Positions 30,983 to 40,185 of a stretch of DNA of 64,000 nucleotides are shown piece after piece. Each line of letters starts with the position of its first letter. Position 1 is the stretch's first letter. The translations under genes were made by a program, and so were the position numbers. The stretch is taken from NCBI RefSeq assembly GCF_051958935.1, contig NZ_JBQCFP010000197.1, positions 6,855-70,854 of the forward strand, given 5' to 3'. The notes beneath the pieces were generated by a model that was not told the origin of the DNA, ran no database searches, and saw nothing but the letters and a program-made list of their open reading frames with translations. The DNA is from Dokdonella sp. (GTDB taxonomy: Bacteria > Pseudomonadota > Gammaproteobacteria > Xanthomonadales > Rhodanobacteraceae).

Positions 30983-33418
30983 TCAGTCGAATCCGTTGCG
31001 GAACCCCACGTCGGGCAGCACGCCTCCGGGAACGGTGTAGCGCGCGATGACCCGGGCGCCGCTTTGCAGTTCGTAGGCGCCGTAAACGGCGCCGTCGTCG
31101 AGCATGCGCAACGCGTATGCACTCGCGTCGGTGCCCGCGTAAAAGCGCGCTCGGTCGGCCAATGTCTGCGGATCGAGCAGCAGCGGCCTGATGGTTTCCG
31201 CGGAAGCGAACTCGTCCATCAGGAAGCCGAGGGGCGCCGCCTGCTGGAAATAGCCGTAGGGGGCATCGTAGCGGATGACCTCGACGTGGCCCGTCGAGTC
31301 GATCAGGCGATAGATGAACTGGCCGGCGTCTTCGATCCTCGCAGTCGTGTCCAACAACCAACGCCCGTCGGACGTCGCGACGAGCTGCCACGGCTGCTCG
31401 TACGGGACGAGTTCGGCGAGGCCGATGTCATCGTCGGCCTGGCCATCGGCGTCGATGACGCGCATTCGCAAGCCATCGGGCGACGTCGCCGGCAACACGG
31501 CCGCGGTACGGCCTCCGGCATCCTGCGCGACCGCGATCGCGCTCGCATCGGGTTCCGGGAAGGTGTAACGCCATACCTGCGTGCCGTTCGCCGCAAGCCT
31601 CAGCAGCGTCAGATGCGTCGGGATACAACCCACCGTGCAGCCGCCGACGCCCTTCACCGCCACGAGCGTGTCGCCGTCGGGAAGGCGGCGCGCACTCTCG
31701 ATGACGTAGTTGCCGTCGGGAAGCGCGTGATCATGTATGCCCGTGTCGGAGCCGTCATCTCCTACGCGTTGCCATTTCAGCGGGGCAAACGCACCGGTGC
31801 GCAGGACGACAACGTCGCCGTCGCCGGGCAGCAGGCGGAACGGGTCGAAGTCCGACCCGGCGGCGCCCGATGCCACCTCGAAAGCAAGGTCGCCGTTCGC
31901 ATCGAAGCGTTGGATGTGCGTGCTGCCGCCCGGCAGCGTGAGCGACGGACGATCCCATCGAACCGCCCACGCCCCGCCATCGGCGGCGAGTACGGCGGAC
32001 GGCCACAGGCTTGCATCGGTGTAGTCGGCACACCAGGTGCACGCGTGCACGCGCCAGCGCAGATCGCCGTTCGGCGAGTACAGGGCCAGATGCGCATACG
32101 TGTCGACGAGAACGCCCGTATCCGTGCGCGCATCGAGTCCGGCCACCGAGGCCGGCACTTCGACGCCCCGGCAGGGCCGATCGAACCACGTCGCTTGGCC
32201 GGTGTCGTCGAGGTGTGCGACGCGCGGGTAGATCGCGCACGGATCGTCGGATGCAGCGGTGTCGCGCACGAGCAGCGATACCACGCCGTCGTCGTCGCGG
32301 CGTGCGCGGCTCGCATCGCCATTCGCCGCAGCGAGCGGCACGCTCCAGCGGCCGGTGCCGTTCGCATCGATGGCGATCGCTTCGATGCCGGCGACGCTTT
32401 TGCGGATCGCCACGACACCCTCGTCGAGCGCGACGAAGTCGCCGCCCGGCACCGACCACAGCGTCGATCCGGTCGCGGGATCGATGCGACGGACGATCGC
32501 GTCGTTGTCATAGCCGGCGAGCGCGTAGACGGCGCCACCACCGTCATGACCGACCTGGCGGTATTCGGTCACATCGGCGGCCGACCAGTACAGCAGGTGG
32601 CCGAGCGCGTCGTAACGCGCGTAGAAACCCAGGTTGCCGAAATTGCCGACCACGCGAACGCCGCCCGTACCTGGTACGTCGATGTCGGCCAGCTCCGCGG
32701 CGCCGCAGCCATGGCATGTAGACACGTCGGAAGACAGGAGCAGGCCACCGAAATCCAGTCGTGTGAGCGTCGCGGTCCCGTCGAGCCAACCGCCGCCGGA
32801 GCTGGCCACCCAGATCGCCTCGTCGGCAACGGCAAGATCGCCGCGGACGAAGGCGCTCGTCGCCGTTGGATCGGCCCAGGTCCAGCTGACCGAGCCATCG
32901 GCTTCGACGCGCGTCACCCGGTACCCTTGCATCGCGACGACCGAATCGTCGTCGAGCAGCGCCAGGCGCAGGCAGCTGCCTTGCACCAGGCAGCTCGATG
33001 CGGTCGGCAGCGAGAGCTTCCAGGAACGTTGCAGATCGGCGTCGAAGCGCATGACGACGGCCTCGCCCTGCGATCCGCCCGCGAGGACGTAGAACCCCGC
33101 GTCGTGGGCGGCGCGCACGGCCACCTCGGGAGTCTCCTGCGAAAGGGCGTCCTCGAGCCGTGTATCCAGTACGTGGCCGTCCGCTGCATACCGGCGCAGC
33201 ACGATCCGGCCCGGCGCTGCGGTGACGGCCACTTCACCACCGTCGGCGAGGCGCAGCGCGACCGGATCGCCGGATCCCGGCAGTCCATCGTACGCAAGCG
33301 CCTGTTCGGACAACGTCGTCGTCCACAGCGGCTGCAGCAGCGGCACGTCGCCCGCATGCAACGGGCCCGCAGCGAGCAGCAGCGCGACCCCTGCGGTCGA
33401 CACGCGTGCCATGCGCAT
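30983..33418 (-). CDS. Large secreted PQQ/BamB-like beta-propeller repeat protein, Cys-pair rich
   Basis: Full track ORF of 811 aa. The signal peptide is MRMARVSTAGVALLLAAGPLHA. Recurrent D/N-x-x-G-x-x-x-W strands occur (DPATGSTLWSV, DANGTGRWSV, AANGTQVWRY, SPNGDLRWRV). The C-terminus is VGFRNGFD. Confidence 0.75.
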   Translation of the reverse strand: MRMARVSTAGVALLLAAGPLHAGDVPLLQPLWTTTLSEQALAYDGLPGSGDPVALRLADGGEVAVTAAPGRIVLRRYAADGHVLDTRLEDALSQETPEVAVRAAHDAGFYVLAGGSQGEAVVMRFDADLQRSWKLSLPTASSCLVQGSCLRLALLDDDSVVAMQGYRVTRVEADGSVSWTWADPTATSAFVRGDLAVADEAIWVASSGGGWLDGTATLTRLDFGGLLLSSDVSTCHGCGAAELADIDVPGTGGVRVVGNFGNLGFYARYDALGHLLYWSAADVTEYRQVGHDGGGAVYALAGYDNDAIVRRIDPATGSTLWSVPGGDFVALDEGVVAIRKSVAGIEAIAIDANGTGRWSVPLAAANGDASRARRDDDGVVSLLVRDTAASDDPCAIYPRVAHLDDTGQATWFDRPCRGVEVPASVAGLDARTDTGVLVDTYAHLALYSPNGDLRWRVHACTWCADYTDASLWPSAVLAADGGAWAVRWDRPSLTLPGGSTHIQRFDANGDLAFEVASGAAGSDFDPFRLLPGDGDVVVLRTGAFAPLKWQRVGDDGSDTGIHDHALPDGNYVIESARRLPDGDTLVAVKGVGGCTVGCIPTHLTLLRLAANGTQVWRYTFPEPDASAIAVAQDAGGRTAAVLPATSPDGLRMRVIDADGQADDDIGLAELVPYEQPWQLVATSDGRWLLDTTARIEDAGQFIYRLIDSTGHVEVIRYDAPYGYFQQAAPLGFLMDEFASAETIRPLLLDPQTLADRARFYAGTDASAYALRMLDDGAVYGAYELQSGARVIARYTVPGGVLPDVGFRNGFD

Positions 33419-33558
33419 GGAGGCCTCCTTAATTCCGTCGAGCGTGCCACGAGAATATCAGGAGGCCAGCGCTTCCACGCCACCGTCACGCCGCCCGAGG
33501 GCGGCCTCGTATCCGATTCCACATCGATACCATGGGCCCGGAGCGGCTGCAGCGCGGA

Positions 33559-36285
33559 TCAGGATCCGTGGTCGTGCGCGAGCCCGAGCAGCGTCTCGTT
33601 CGCTTTCGCGGCCACCGTGTCGGCGGCGCCAGCCGCGCCGAGCCCCTCCACCGCCGTCCGCAGCAGCGGCTCGGCGGCGGCACGATCGCCGCGCCGGGCG
33701 AGCGCGAGGCCACGCAGCGCGTCGAGGCGGAATTTCCACCATCCGTCCGCCGCGCCAGCCTCCAGTGCCTTTGCGTCGAGCGTGCCGAGGCCTCGCATCG
33801 CGTCGTCGACGCGTCCGAGTTCGATCTCGGCCGCGGCGAGCCAGAACGCGGCAACCTGGCTTTGTGGATTGTCCGCGCCGAGTTGCGCGGCGAGCTTGGC
33901 CGCGGCCTCGCGCAACTTCGGCTCGGCGTCGCGCGTATCGCCCGACTCGTACAGGGCCTGGCCCCAGTTCGCGAGCGTGACCGCGGTGACGTTGTGCCCC
34001 GGGCCGAACAGCTTCCGAAATCCCTCGTGCACGCGCCGTGCGTAGTCGAGCGCGTGCGGCCAGTCTCGTCGCTTCATCGCGACGTCGAACAGGTCGCTCA
34101 GCACCATGAGATTGCGCGTGTGATCTTCGCCGAGGCGCTCGACGATCGTCTTCTGCGCCGCGAGCAGTCGTTCCTCGGCCTTCGCCGGATCGCCGCCCTG
34201 CGTCCAGGTGCGGGCGATCGCGGCCTGCGCGAAGGCGATCACGAGGGCGTTGTCGTCCGGGCGCGAACGCGCTTCGGCGATGAGGTCCTCGCCTTCCGCA
34301 CGTGCCTCGTCGAGATGGCCGGTCTGGGTGAGGGCCCCGATGAGGTCCATGCGCATCGAGTCGCGCAAGGTGAAATTGCCGGGGTCGGTAGCGCGCAGCA
34401 GCGGGATCGCGGTGCGGTACTCCGGTAGCGCCCTGGCGTAGTCGCCGCGGTTCATCGCGTCGAGGCCCCACGCCGACGCGCGCAGGAAGCGCAGGCGGGG
34501 ATCGGTCGAATCGCCGATCAGGCGATCGAGTGCGTGCAGGTGCTCGAGGGACTCGTCGAACTTGCCCGTGCGCGTGAGCAGGCGCGCGAGCAGGGTGCGC
34601 GCCTCGAGTGCATCGCGGCTCGCCTCGCCTTCCTCGCGCACGTACAGCGCGAGCGCGCGCCGTGCCTCGTCTTCGGCTTCGGGCAGCCGATCGATCATGT
34701 TGAGCAGCATCGCAAGGCTCGTGCGGATCGACGCTTCGGCGAGCGGCTGCGCGGCGAAGCGCGTCGCGATGCGCGCGCGCGCGCCGAGCAGCACGTCCTT
34801 GAGCGACGCATCGCCACCCTTTGACAGCACGAGCGGATTGGATCGCCCGATGAGGTCCTCGTTGAGGAAGCGATTGATCGCGTTCGCGCGCCCGAGCTCG
34901 CGCCGCGCGTCGTCGCGCGCACGCGTGGCCGCGATCCACAGGCCGAGCGCAAGGGCGAGACCGGCGATGAGCGCACCGACGAGCGCGATCACGTACGGCC
35001 GGCGCGCGCGGCTGCGTGCGACGGCCTCGCGCGCTTCGCGCGCACGCTGCTCGGACAGTGCGCCGGCCGCGCGCGCCTCGCGCCGCGCTTCGAGGCTGCG
35101 CAGGCGTGCGGCGAGTGTGGCCGCGCTCGCGAGGCGTCTTTGCGGCTCGCCGTCCGTCGCCAGGCGGATGTCTTCGCGCAGCAGCTCGTCGTCGACGTCG
35201 CGCTCCCAGCCGGACGCCATCGGCCGGGCGAGGTCGCCGGCGACGAGCTGGTACAGCATGACGCCGAGCGCATAGACGTCGCTGCGCACGGTCGGTGCCT
35301 GCCCGGCGAACAGCTCGGGCGCGACGTAGAGCGCGGTGCCCGCGGTCGAGTCGGTCGCGACATCGCGCGCGGTCGCGGGCCCGAGCCGCGTGATGCCGAG
35401 TTCGGCGAGGCGCTCGGGGTCGACGAGATGGCCGCTGCCGAAGTCGGTCAGGCGAACGTGCGGCGTGCCGCCGCGACCATCGACGAGCACGTTCGCGGGC
35501 TTCAGGTCCTTGTGGAGCACGCCGACGCCGTGGGCAGCCGCGACCGCATCGACGATCTGCAGGAACAGCGCGAGGCGCGCCTCGGTGCCGGTCGCGGCAA
35601 GCGACGCACCCGCCCACTCGAGCAGGTTGTCGCCACCGTATTCGCATTCGAGGAAGAACGGCGGCTGTTCGAAGTTCCAGTCGATGATGTCGACGAAGTG
35701 GCCGCCCTCGTCGAGGCTCTCGCGCAGCACGCGGGCGAGCGTCGCCTCGCGCTTGAGCGCGCGCAGGCGCTCGCCGTCGGCGCCGAACTTGTAGACGCGC
35801 AGCACGTGCGTCTTCGCCTGTTCGGCGAGCCAGACCTCGCTGCCGCGATTCACGCCGAGCGCGCGCCGCAGGGTGAAATTCGGTCGCCCGGGGACGGGCC
35901 GGCCGGCTGCGAGTTCGAGCCGGCTGTCGATGCGCCGGCCGACCGCGACGCGCGCGACCTCGCCGTCGAGGCGGTAGCCGACGCGTGCCTGCGTCACCAG
36001 GCGCTCCGCGTTCGCCTCGCCGAGCGCGCGCCGGAGCTTGGCGATCGCATTGGGCAGCACCTTGTCGACGGTCACGCGACCGGCCCACACCTCGCGCAGC
36101 AGTTCTTCCTTGGTCACCACCTCGCCCGCATGGCGCAGCAGGTAGGCGAGCACGTCAAGCGCGCGTCGCTCGACCTCGACCGGCAGGTCGGCCACGCGCA
36201 GTTCGAAGCGCGCCTCGTCGAACTCGGCGCTGCCGAAACGATAGCGGTAAGCATGCGGCTCGCGCAGGTCGGAAGCGTCGGTCAT
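33559..36285 (-). CDS. Fusion protein: OmpR/CadC-type winged-helix DNA-binding domain, Hanks Ser/Thr kinase, TM segment and TPR repeats
   Basis: Full track ORF of 908 aa. The wHTH domain is YRFGSAEFDEARFELRV...ELLREVWAGR...RVGYRL. The kinase has HKDLKPANVLV, DFGSG and VAPE. The TM segment is YVIALVGALIAGLALALGLWIAA. An ANAINRFLNEDL juxtamembrane motif and TPR-like repeats follow. Confidence 0.9.
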   Translation of the reverse strand: MTDASDLREPHAYRYRFGSAEFDEARFELRVADLPVEVERRALDVLAYLLRHAGEVVTKEELLREVWAGRVTVDKVLPNAIAKLRRALGEANAERLVTQARVGYRLDGEVARVAVGRRIDSRLELAAGRPVPGRPNFTLRRALGVNRGSEVWLAEQAKTHVLRVYKFGADGERLRALKREATLARVLRESLDEGGHFVDIIDWNFEQPPFFLECEYGGDNLLEWAGASLAATGTEARLALFLQIVDAVAAAHGVGVLHKDLKPANVLVDGRGGTPHVRLTDFGSGHLVDPERLAELGITRLGPATARDVATDSTAGTALYVAPELFAGQAPTVRSDVYALGVMLYQLVAGDLARPMASGWERDVDDELLREDIRLATDGEPQRRLASAATLAARLRSLEARREARAAGALSEQRAREAREAVARSRARRPYVIALVGALIAGLALALGLWIAATRARDDARRELGRANAINRFLNEDLIGRSNPLVLSKGGDASLKDVLLGARARIATRFAAQPLAEASIRTSLAMLLNMIDRLPEAEDEARRALALYVREEGEASRDALEARTLLARLLTRTGKFDESLEHLHALDRLIGDSTDPRLRFLRASAWGLDAMNRGDYARALPEYRTAIPLLRATDPGNFTLRDSMRMDLIGALTQTGHLDEARAEGEDLIAEARSRPDDNALVIAFAQAAIARTWTQGGDPAKAEERLLAAQKTIVERLGEDHTRNLMVLSDLFDVAMKRRDWPHALDYARRVHEGFRKLFGPGHNVTAVTLANWGQALYESGDTRDAEPKLREAAAKLAAQLGADNPQSQVAAFWLAAAEIELGRVDDAMRGLGTLDAKALEAGAADGWWKFRLDALRGLALARRGDRAAAEPLLRTAVEGLGAAGAADTVAAKANETLLGLAHDHGS

Positions 36286-36345
36286 GTGGAAATTTCGAAG
36301 CGGGGCATCTGTTTGCGCAAGGGTGGCGCAGCCGTGCGAGGGCCG

Positions 36346-36363
36346 CGTTACCCAATCGTTACC
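36346..36363. promoter_or_regulatory. Direct repeat CGTTACC-N4-CGTTACC (11-bp period), a candidate winged-helix operator
   Basis: The exact sequence is CGTTACCCAATCGTTACC. It lies in the divergent region between the wHTH-kinase gene (start 36285) and the secreted-protein gene (start 36524). Confidence 0.4.
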
Positions 36364-36523
36364 GCGGCGATGACGAAACGGGCCGCCTGCACGCGACCCC
36401 CTACGCTAGCATGATCCACGCGCGCACTACGCGCCTCCTCGTACCACTAAATGAACCGGCTGCCCTGCATCCGGCGAGGTGGCTGTGCGCGTCCGCAAAA
36501 CCCCTGAGCCGAGGAATGGAACC

Positions 36524-38173
36524 ATGTCGATCAAACCATCCGCCGTCGCCGCCGCCGTCGCGTGCGCCCTCGTCCATGCTTCACCCGCCGCTGCACAGGC
36601 CGTGGCGTGGCGCGCGGTAGCCGGGCAATCCGGCAGCGTCGCCGTCGCGAACCTGCCCCCGGGCGTGGACCGCTCGTACTCGGACGTCTCGATCGGCAGC
36701 GCCGGTGCGGGGATGGTCGGGATGCGCGTGAGTTCGCCGAGCGCGAGCAGCGGCTACTGGGCGCGGCGCAACGGCGTGCTCTCACGCTACGTGCAGGCGG
36801 GCGTCACCGGCCCGCTCGGCCCCGGACGTGGCGCCGGCGAAACCCAGCACGTGTTCCTCTCATACCAGGGCGGCTGGAGCGAAGCAGGCCCCGATGGGCA
36901 GCGCGTGTTCGCCGCGCGTGCGGGCGACCCCGCGCTCGGCGACGCACAGGCGAGCTGGGGTCTGTGGCGATGGGACGGGACGAAGAACGTCGAGATCGCG
37001 CGCGTGCTCACCGACGGCGCGCTCGGCCCCGGCCTCGGCGCGGGATGGCGCTTCCAGAACTCGCCCGAGTTCGCGGGCGCGCGCATGGTTGGCGGCGGGC
37101 GCGCGCTGCTCGTTGGCACGGTGACGACGCCGTCCACTGCGACGCGCGACGTGGTCGTACTGCATGACCCGGGCACGGGCAACGTACCGTGCGCGCTCGA
37201 GGACTCGACCGATCCCACATTGGCGCCGGGCCTCGTCGCCGGCGACTCGTTCCCTGCCGACTGGAACGGTTCGCTCAGCGTATTCGCGGTAAGCGCCGAG
37301 GGCGCCATCTACGCGCGCCTGCAGACGAGCAATTCGCGCGGTGGCATCTGGCAGCTGTGCGACGGCGCGCCGCGCGCACTCGTCGCCGACGACGACACCG
37401 GCGCGCTCGGGCCGGAACTCGGCGTCGAGACCGCGTACTTCTCCTCCGTCTACGGGCCACCCAAGCCGGCCGACGCCGGTCGCGTGTTCTTCGTCGCGAC
37501 GGGACGCGTCGCCGTGGGCGGCGCGAGCTTCGGGGGCCTGTTCCACCACGATGCGAACGGCAACTGGCCGCTCGCGCTCAATGGCGACACCGGTGCGTAT
37601 TCGCCGCACTGGCTCGACGCGACCTTCACCTCCGTCGACGAGTCCACGCTGACCGCAGCGGGCGAATGGGCCGCGTTCGAGGCCACCCTGCATACCGGCG
37701 ACGGTGCCTCGCCGGTGGGCCTGTTCCGCGTGCGGCCGGGCGAGGCACCCGAGCCCGTCGCAATCATCGGTGCCGACGTACCGTATGCGCCCGAGCCCAA
37801 TCGCATCTGGTCCAGCCTGCGCGCGAGCGCGGTGCTGGCGAACGGCGACATCGTGCTGGAAGCCTACACGAACCCGGACAATGAATACGCGCTGTGGCTC
37901 CTCAAGCGCGGCGAAGCGCCGCGCCGCGTGTTGCGCGCCGGCGATGTCGCATGGGTACCGACCGCGGCGGGCAACGTACAGGCGGCCATCACGAGCTTCA
38001 CCCCGGCGGGAGGCGCGGGCGTGGCGCAATACGACCGCGGTGGCGATTCGTGGATCGGCGCGGACGGCACGATCCTCGTCTCGGCGTCAGTCAATGGCTA
38101 CGGCTCGGTGCTGCTGATGGCGACGCCGTCGAATCCGATCGATCTGATCTTCCGCAACGGGTACGACGGCTAG
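36524..38173 (+). CDS. Secreted repeat protein (resembles the choice-of-anchor NxxGxxAF / DUF7453-type tandem repeat family)
   Basis: It starts at internal Met 16 of track ORF 36479..38173 (MSIKPSAVAAAVACALVHASPAAAQA is the signal peptide). Recurrent [DNA]-x-G-x-hydrophobic-hydrophobic-x-A strands occur (ANGDIVLEAY, ADGTILVSAS, AEGAIYARL). The C-terminus is DLIFRNGYDG. Confidence 0.7.
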   Translation: MSIKPSAVAAAVACALVHASPAAAQAVAWRAVAGQSGSVAVANLPPGVDRSYSDVSIGSAGAGMVGMRVSSPSASSGYWARRNGVLSRYVQAGVTGPLGPGRGAGETQHVFLSYQGGWSEAGPDGQRVFAARAGDPALGDAQASWGLWRWDGTKNVEIARVLTDGALGPGLGAGWRFQNSPEFAGARMVGGGRALLVGTVTTPSTATRDVVVLHDPGTGNVPCALEDSTDPTLAPGLVAGDSFPADWNGSLSVFAVSAEGAIYARLQTSNSRGGIWQLCDGAPRALVADDDTGALGPELGVETAYFSSVYGPPKPADAGRVFFVATGRVAVGGASFGGLFHHDANGNWPLALNGDTGAYSPHWLDATFTSVDESTLTAAGEWAAFEATLHTGDGASPVGLFRVRPGEAPEPVAIIGADVPYAPEPNRIWSSLRASAVLANGDIVLEAYTNPDNEYALWLLKRGEAPRRVLRAGDVAWVPTAAGNVQAAITSFTPAGGAGVAQYDRGGDSWIGADGTILVSASVNGYGSVLLMATPSNPIDLIFRNGYDG

Positions 38174-38225
38174 GCGTCGTCGTCGATCAGGGTCGCCGCA
38201 TCGCGGGCGGCCGCCTCGTCATTTT

Positions 38226-38253
38226 GCGGCGGCGCAGGTGCCTGCGCCGCCGC
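38226..38253. terminator. Perfect 13-bp GC hairpin between convergent genes
   Basis: GCGGCGGCGCAGG, a TG loop and CCTGCGCCGCCGC form the hairpin. The T-run lies on the 5' side only (CATTTT), so this is not a canonical intrinsic terminator in either direction. Confidence 0.35.
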
Positions 38254-38264
38254 TGTCAGCGGTG

Positions 38265-38432
38265 CTAGACGCCCGGACCGCGGCGACCCATGACCAACGA
38301 CACGACGAACAGGACGAGGAACACGAGGAACAGGATCTTCGCGATCGACGCCGCGGTGCCGGCAATGACGCCGAAGCCGAGCACGCCTGCGATGAGCGCG
38401 ATCACCAGAAAAACGATGGCGTAGTGGAGCAT
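38265..38432 (-). CDS. DUF1328 / UPF0391 small membrane protein
   Basis: It is the 55-aa tail of track ORF 38265..38546 ([47 protein letters not shown]...). AAGGAGAA lies upstream. Confidence 0.85.
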   Translation of the reverse strand: MLHYAIVFLVIALIAGVLGFGVIAGTAASIAKILFLVFLVLFVVSLVMGRRGPGV

Positions 38433-38633
38433 GCGATTCTCCTTGCAGTGGATTCCGTGCGATCGCTGCTGCAAGCGCAGGCGCGCATCGCAGGTCCAAG
38501 GTGGCGCGATGCGGGTGAATGCGTAGTGACCCGTGCGGCGCACCATTCAGCGCGCGGATGGCCGTGGCTGCAGGGAGCGCTGTGTTACCCTCGCGCCCCC
38601 GAGAAATCGCGTACCACCGACCCGAGGAACGCC

Positions 38634-39593
38634 ATGAAAAAGCTCGCCTGCCTGCTTCCGCTCGCACTCGCCCTCGCCGCCTGCGGCGCGAACGAATCGT
38701 CCGCGCCGGTTGCGACGGCGCCGCATCCGGCCATGCCGGCCAAGACGCCCGCACCTGCACCCGCCGACCAGCCGGCGCAGCCGACGCCGCCGCAGAGCGC
38801 GAACGAGCTGCTCGGCGCGAAGCTCGACGGCATCCTCGCCGGTGACTGGCGCTCGGCCGCGAACAAGGCACGCGACCAGTACCGCCATCCGAAGCAGACG
38901 CTCGAGTTCTTCGGCCTCAAGGCGGGCGACACGGTGATCGAAATCACGCCGGGCGGCGGCTGGTACACCGAGATCCTCGCGCCGCTCATGAAGGGCAACG
39001 GCACCTACATCGCGGCCGTGGCCAAGCCGACGCGTCCGGACGGCGAGGCGGCGACCGACAAGGCCAAGCTCGAGCAGCGTTTCGCCGCCGACGCCGAGCG
39101 TTATGGCGAGGCGAAGACGGTCGAGTTCGACGGCAAGGCGCCGGTGTTCGGCGAGCCGAATTCGGCCGACGTCGTCGTCACGTTCCGCAACGTGCACAAC
39201 TGGGCCGTCGGCGGCACCGCCGAGGCGAAGTTCAAGGCGTTCTTCGACGTGCTCAAGCCGGGCGGCGTGCTCGGCGTGACCGACCATCGCGCGGCGCCGG
39301 ACGCGGATTTCGAGAAGATCAAGAATTCCGGCTACCTGCCGCAGGAGATGGTCGTGAAGTTCGCGACCGATGCGGGCTTCAGGCTGGTCCAGACGAGCGA
39401 GATCAACGCCAATCCGAAGGACACCAAGGATTACGAGAAGGGCGTGTGGACGCTGCCGCCGACGCTCGAACTCGGTGACAAGGACAAGGACAAGTACCTC
39501 GCGATCGGCGAGTCGGACCGCATGACGCTGAAGTTCGTCAAGCCGGGCCCGGACACGATCTTCCGCCAGCCGGACCAGGCGCAGAAGCACTGA
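38634..39593 (+). CDS. Lipoprotein with a class I SAM-dependent methyltransferase-like fold
   Basis: It starts at the internal Met of track ORF 38238..39593 ([18 protein letters not shown] contains the lipobox). A Pro-rich linker and then the motif I-like [17 protein letters not shown] follow. Confidence 0.8.
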   Translation: MKKLACLLPLALALAACGANESSAPVATAPHPAMPAKTPAPAPADQPAQPTPPQSANELLGAKLDGILAGDWRSAANKARDQYRHPKQTLEFFGLKAGDTVIEITPGGGWYTEILAPLMKGNGTYIAAVAKPTRPDGEAATDKAKLEQRFAADAERYGEAKTVEFDGKAPVFGEPNSADVVVTFRNVHNWAVGGTAEAKFKAFFDVLKPGGVLGVTDHRAAPDADFEKIKNSGYLPQEMVVKFATDAGFRLVQTSEINANPKDTKDYEKGVWTLPPTLELGDKDKDKYLAIGESDRMTLKFVKPGPDTIFRQPDQAQKH

Positions 39594-39642
39594 CGCGATA
39601 CCGGCGCGTTCGCCGCGTGCGAACGCGTCGCCCGCGGCGCGC

Positions 39643-40185
39643 ATGCTCGTCCTGCTCAACAAGCCGTACGGCGTGCTGTGCCAGTTCACCGATCGCAGCG
39701 TGCCGCCGCGGCGCACGCTGGCCGAGTTCGTCGACGTGCCGGACGTCTATCCGGCCGGGCGCCTCGATCACGACAGCGAAGGCCTGCTGCTCCTCACCGA
39801 CGACGGCGCGCTCGCGCATCGCCTGACCAATCCGCGGCACAAGCAACCCAAGACGTATCTCGTGCAGGTCGAGGGCACGCCGACACCGGCCGCCCTCGAC
39901 GCCTTGCGGCGCGGCGTCGTGCTCGCCGACGGCCCGACCCTGCCGGCCGAGGTCGACGCACTCGATGCGCCGCCCGCCTGGCTGTGGCCGCGCGACCCGC
40001 CCGTGCGCTACCGCAAGAGCGTGCCCGATGCCTGGCTCCTGCTGACGGTCCGCGAAGGCCGCAACCGCCAGGTGCGGCGCATGACCGCCGCGGTCGCCTT
40101 GCCGACGTTGCGCCTCGTGCGCACGCGCATCGGGCCGTATGGACTGGATGGGCTCGCGCCTGGCGGCGTACGCGTGGTGCGCTGA
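39643..40185 (+). CDS. rluE: rRNA large-subunit pseudouridine synthase E (RsuA/RluE family)
   Basis: Full track ORF. It has [14 protein letters not shown], the catalytic [17 protein letters not shown], and GRNRQVRRM. Confidence 0.88.
   Translation: MLVLLNKPYGVLCQFTDRSVPPRRTLAEFVDVPDVYPAGRLDHDSEGLLLLTDDGALAHRLTNPRHKQPKTYLVQVEGTPTPAALDALRRGVVLADGPTLPAEVDALDAPPAWLWPRDPPVRYRKSVPDAWLLLTVREGRNRQVRRMTAAVALPTLRLVRTRIGPYGLDGLAPGGVRVVR

Noticed and set aside
33480-33510. A TGGCAC-containing sequence upstream of the 30983..33418 gene (minus strand CGTGGCACGCTCGACGG) as a second sigma-54 promoter.
   Set aside because: The -12 element is missing: ACGG stands where TTGC is required. Only the -24 half matches.
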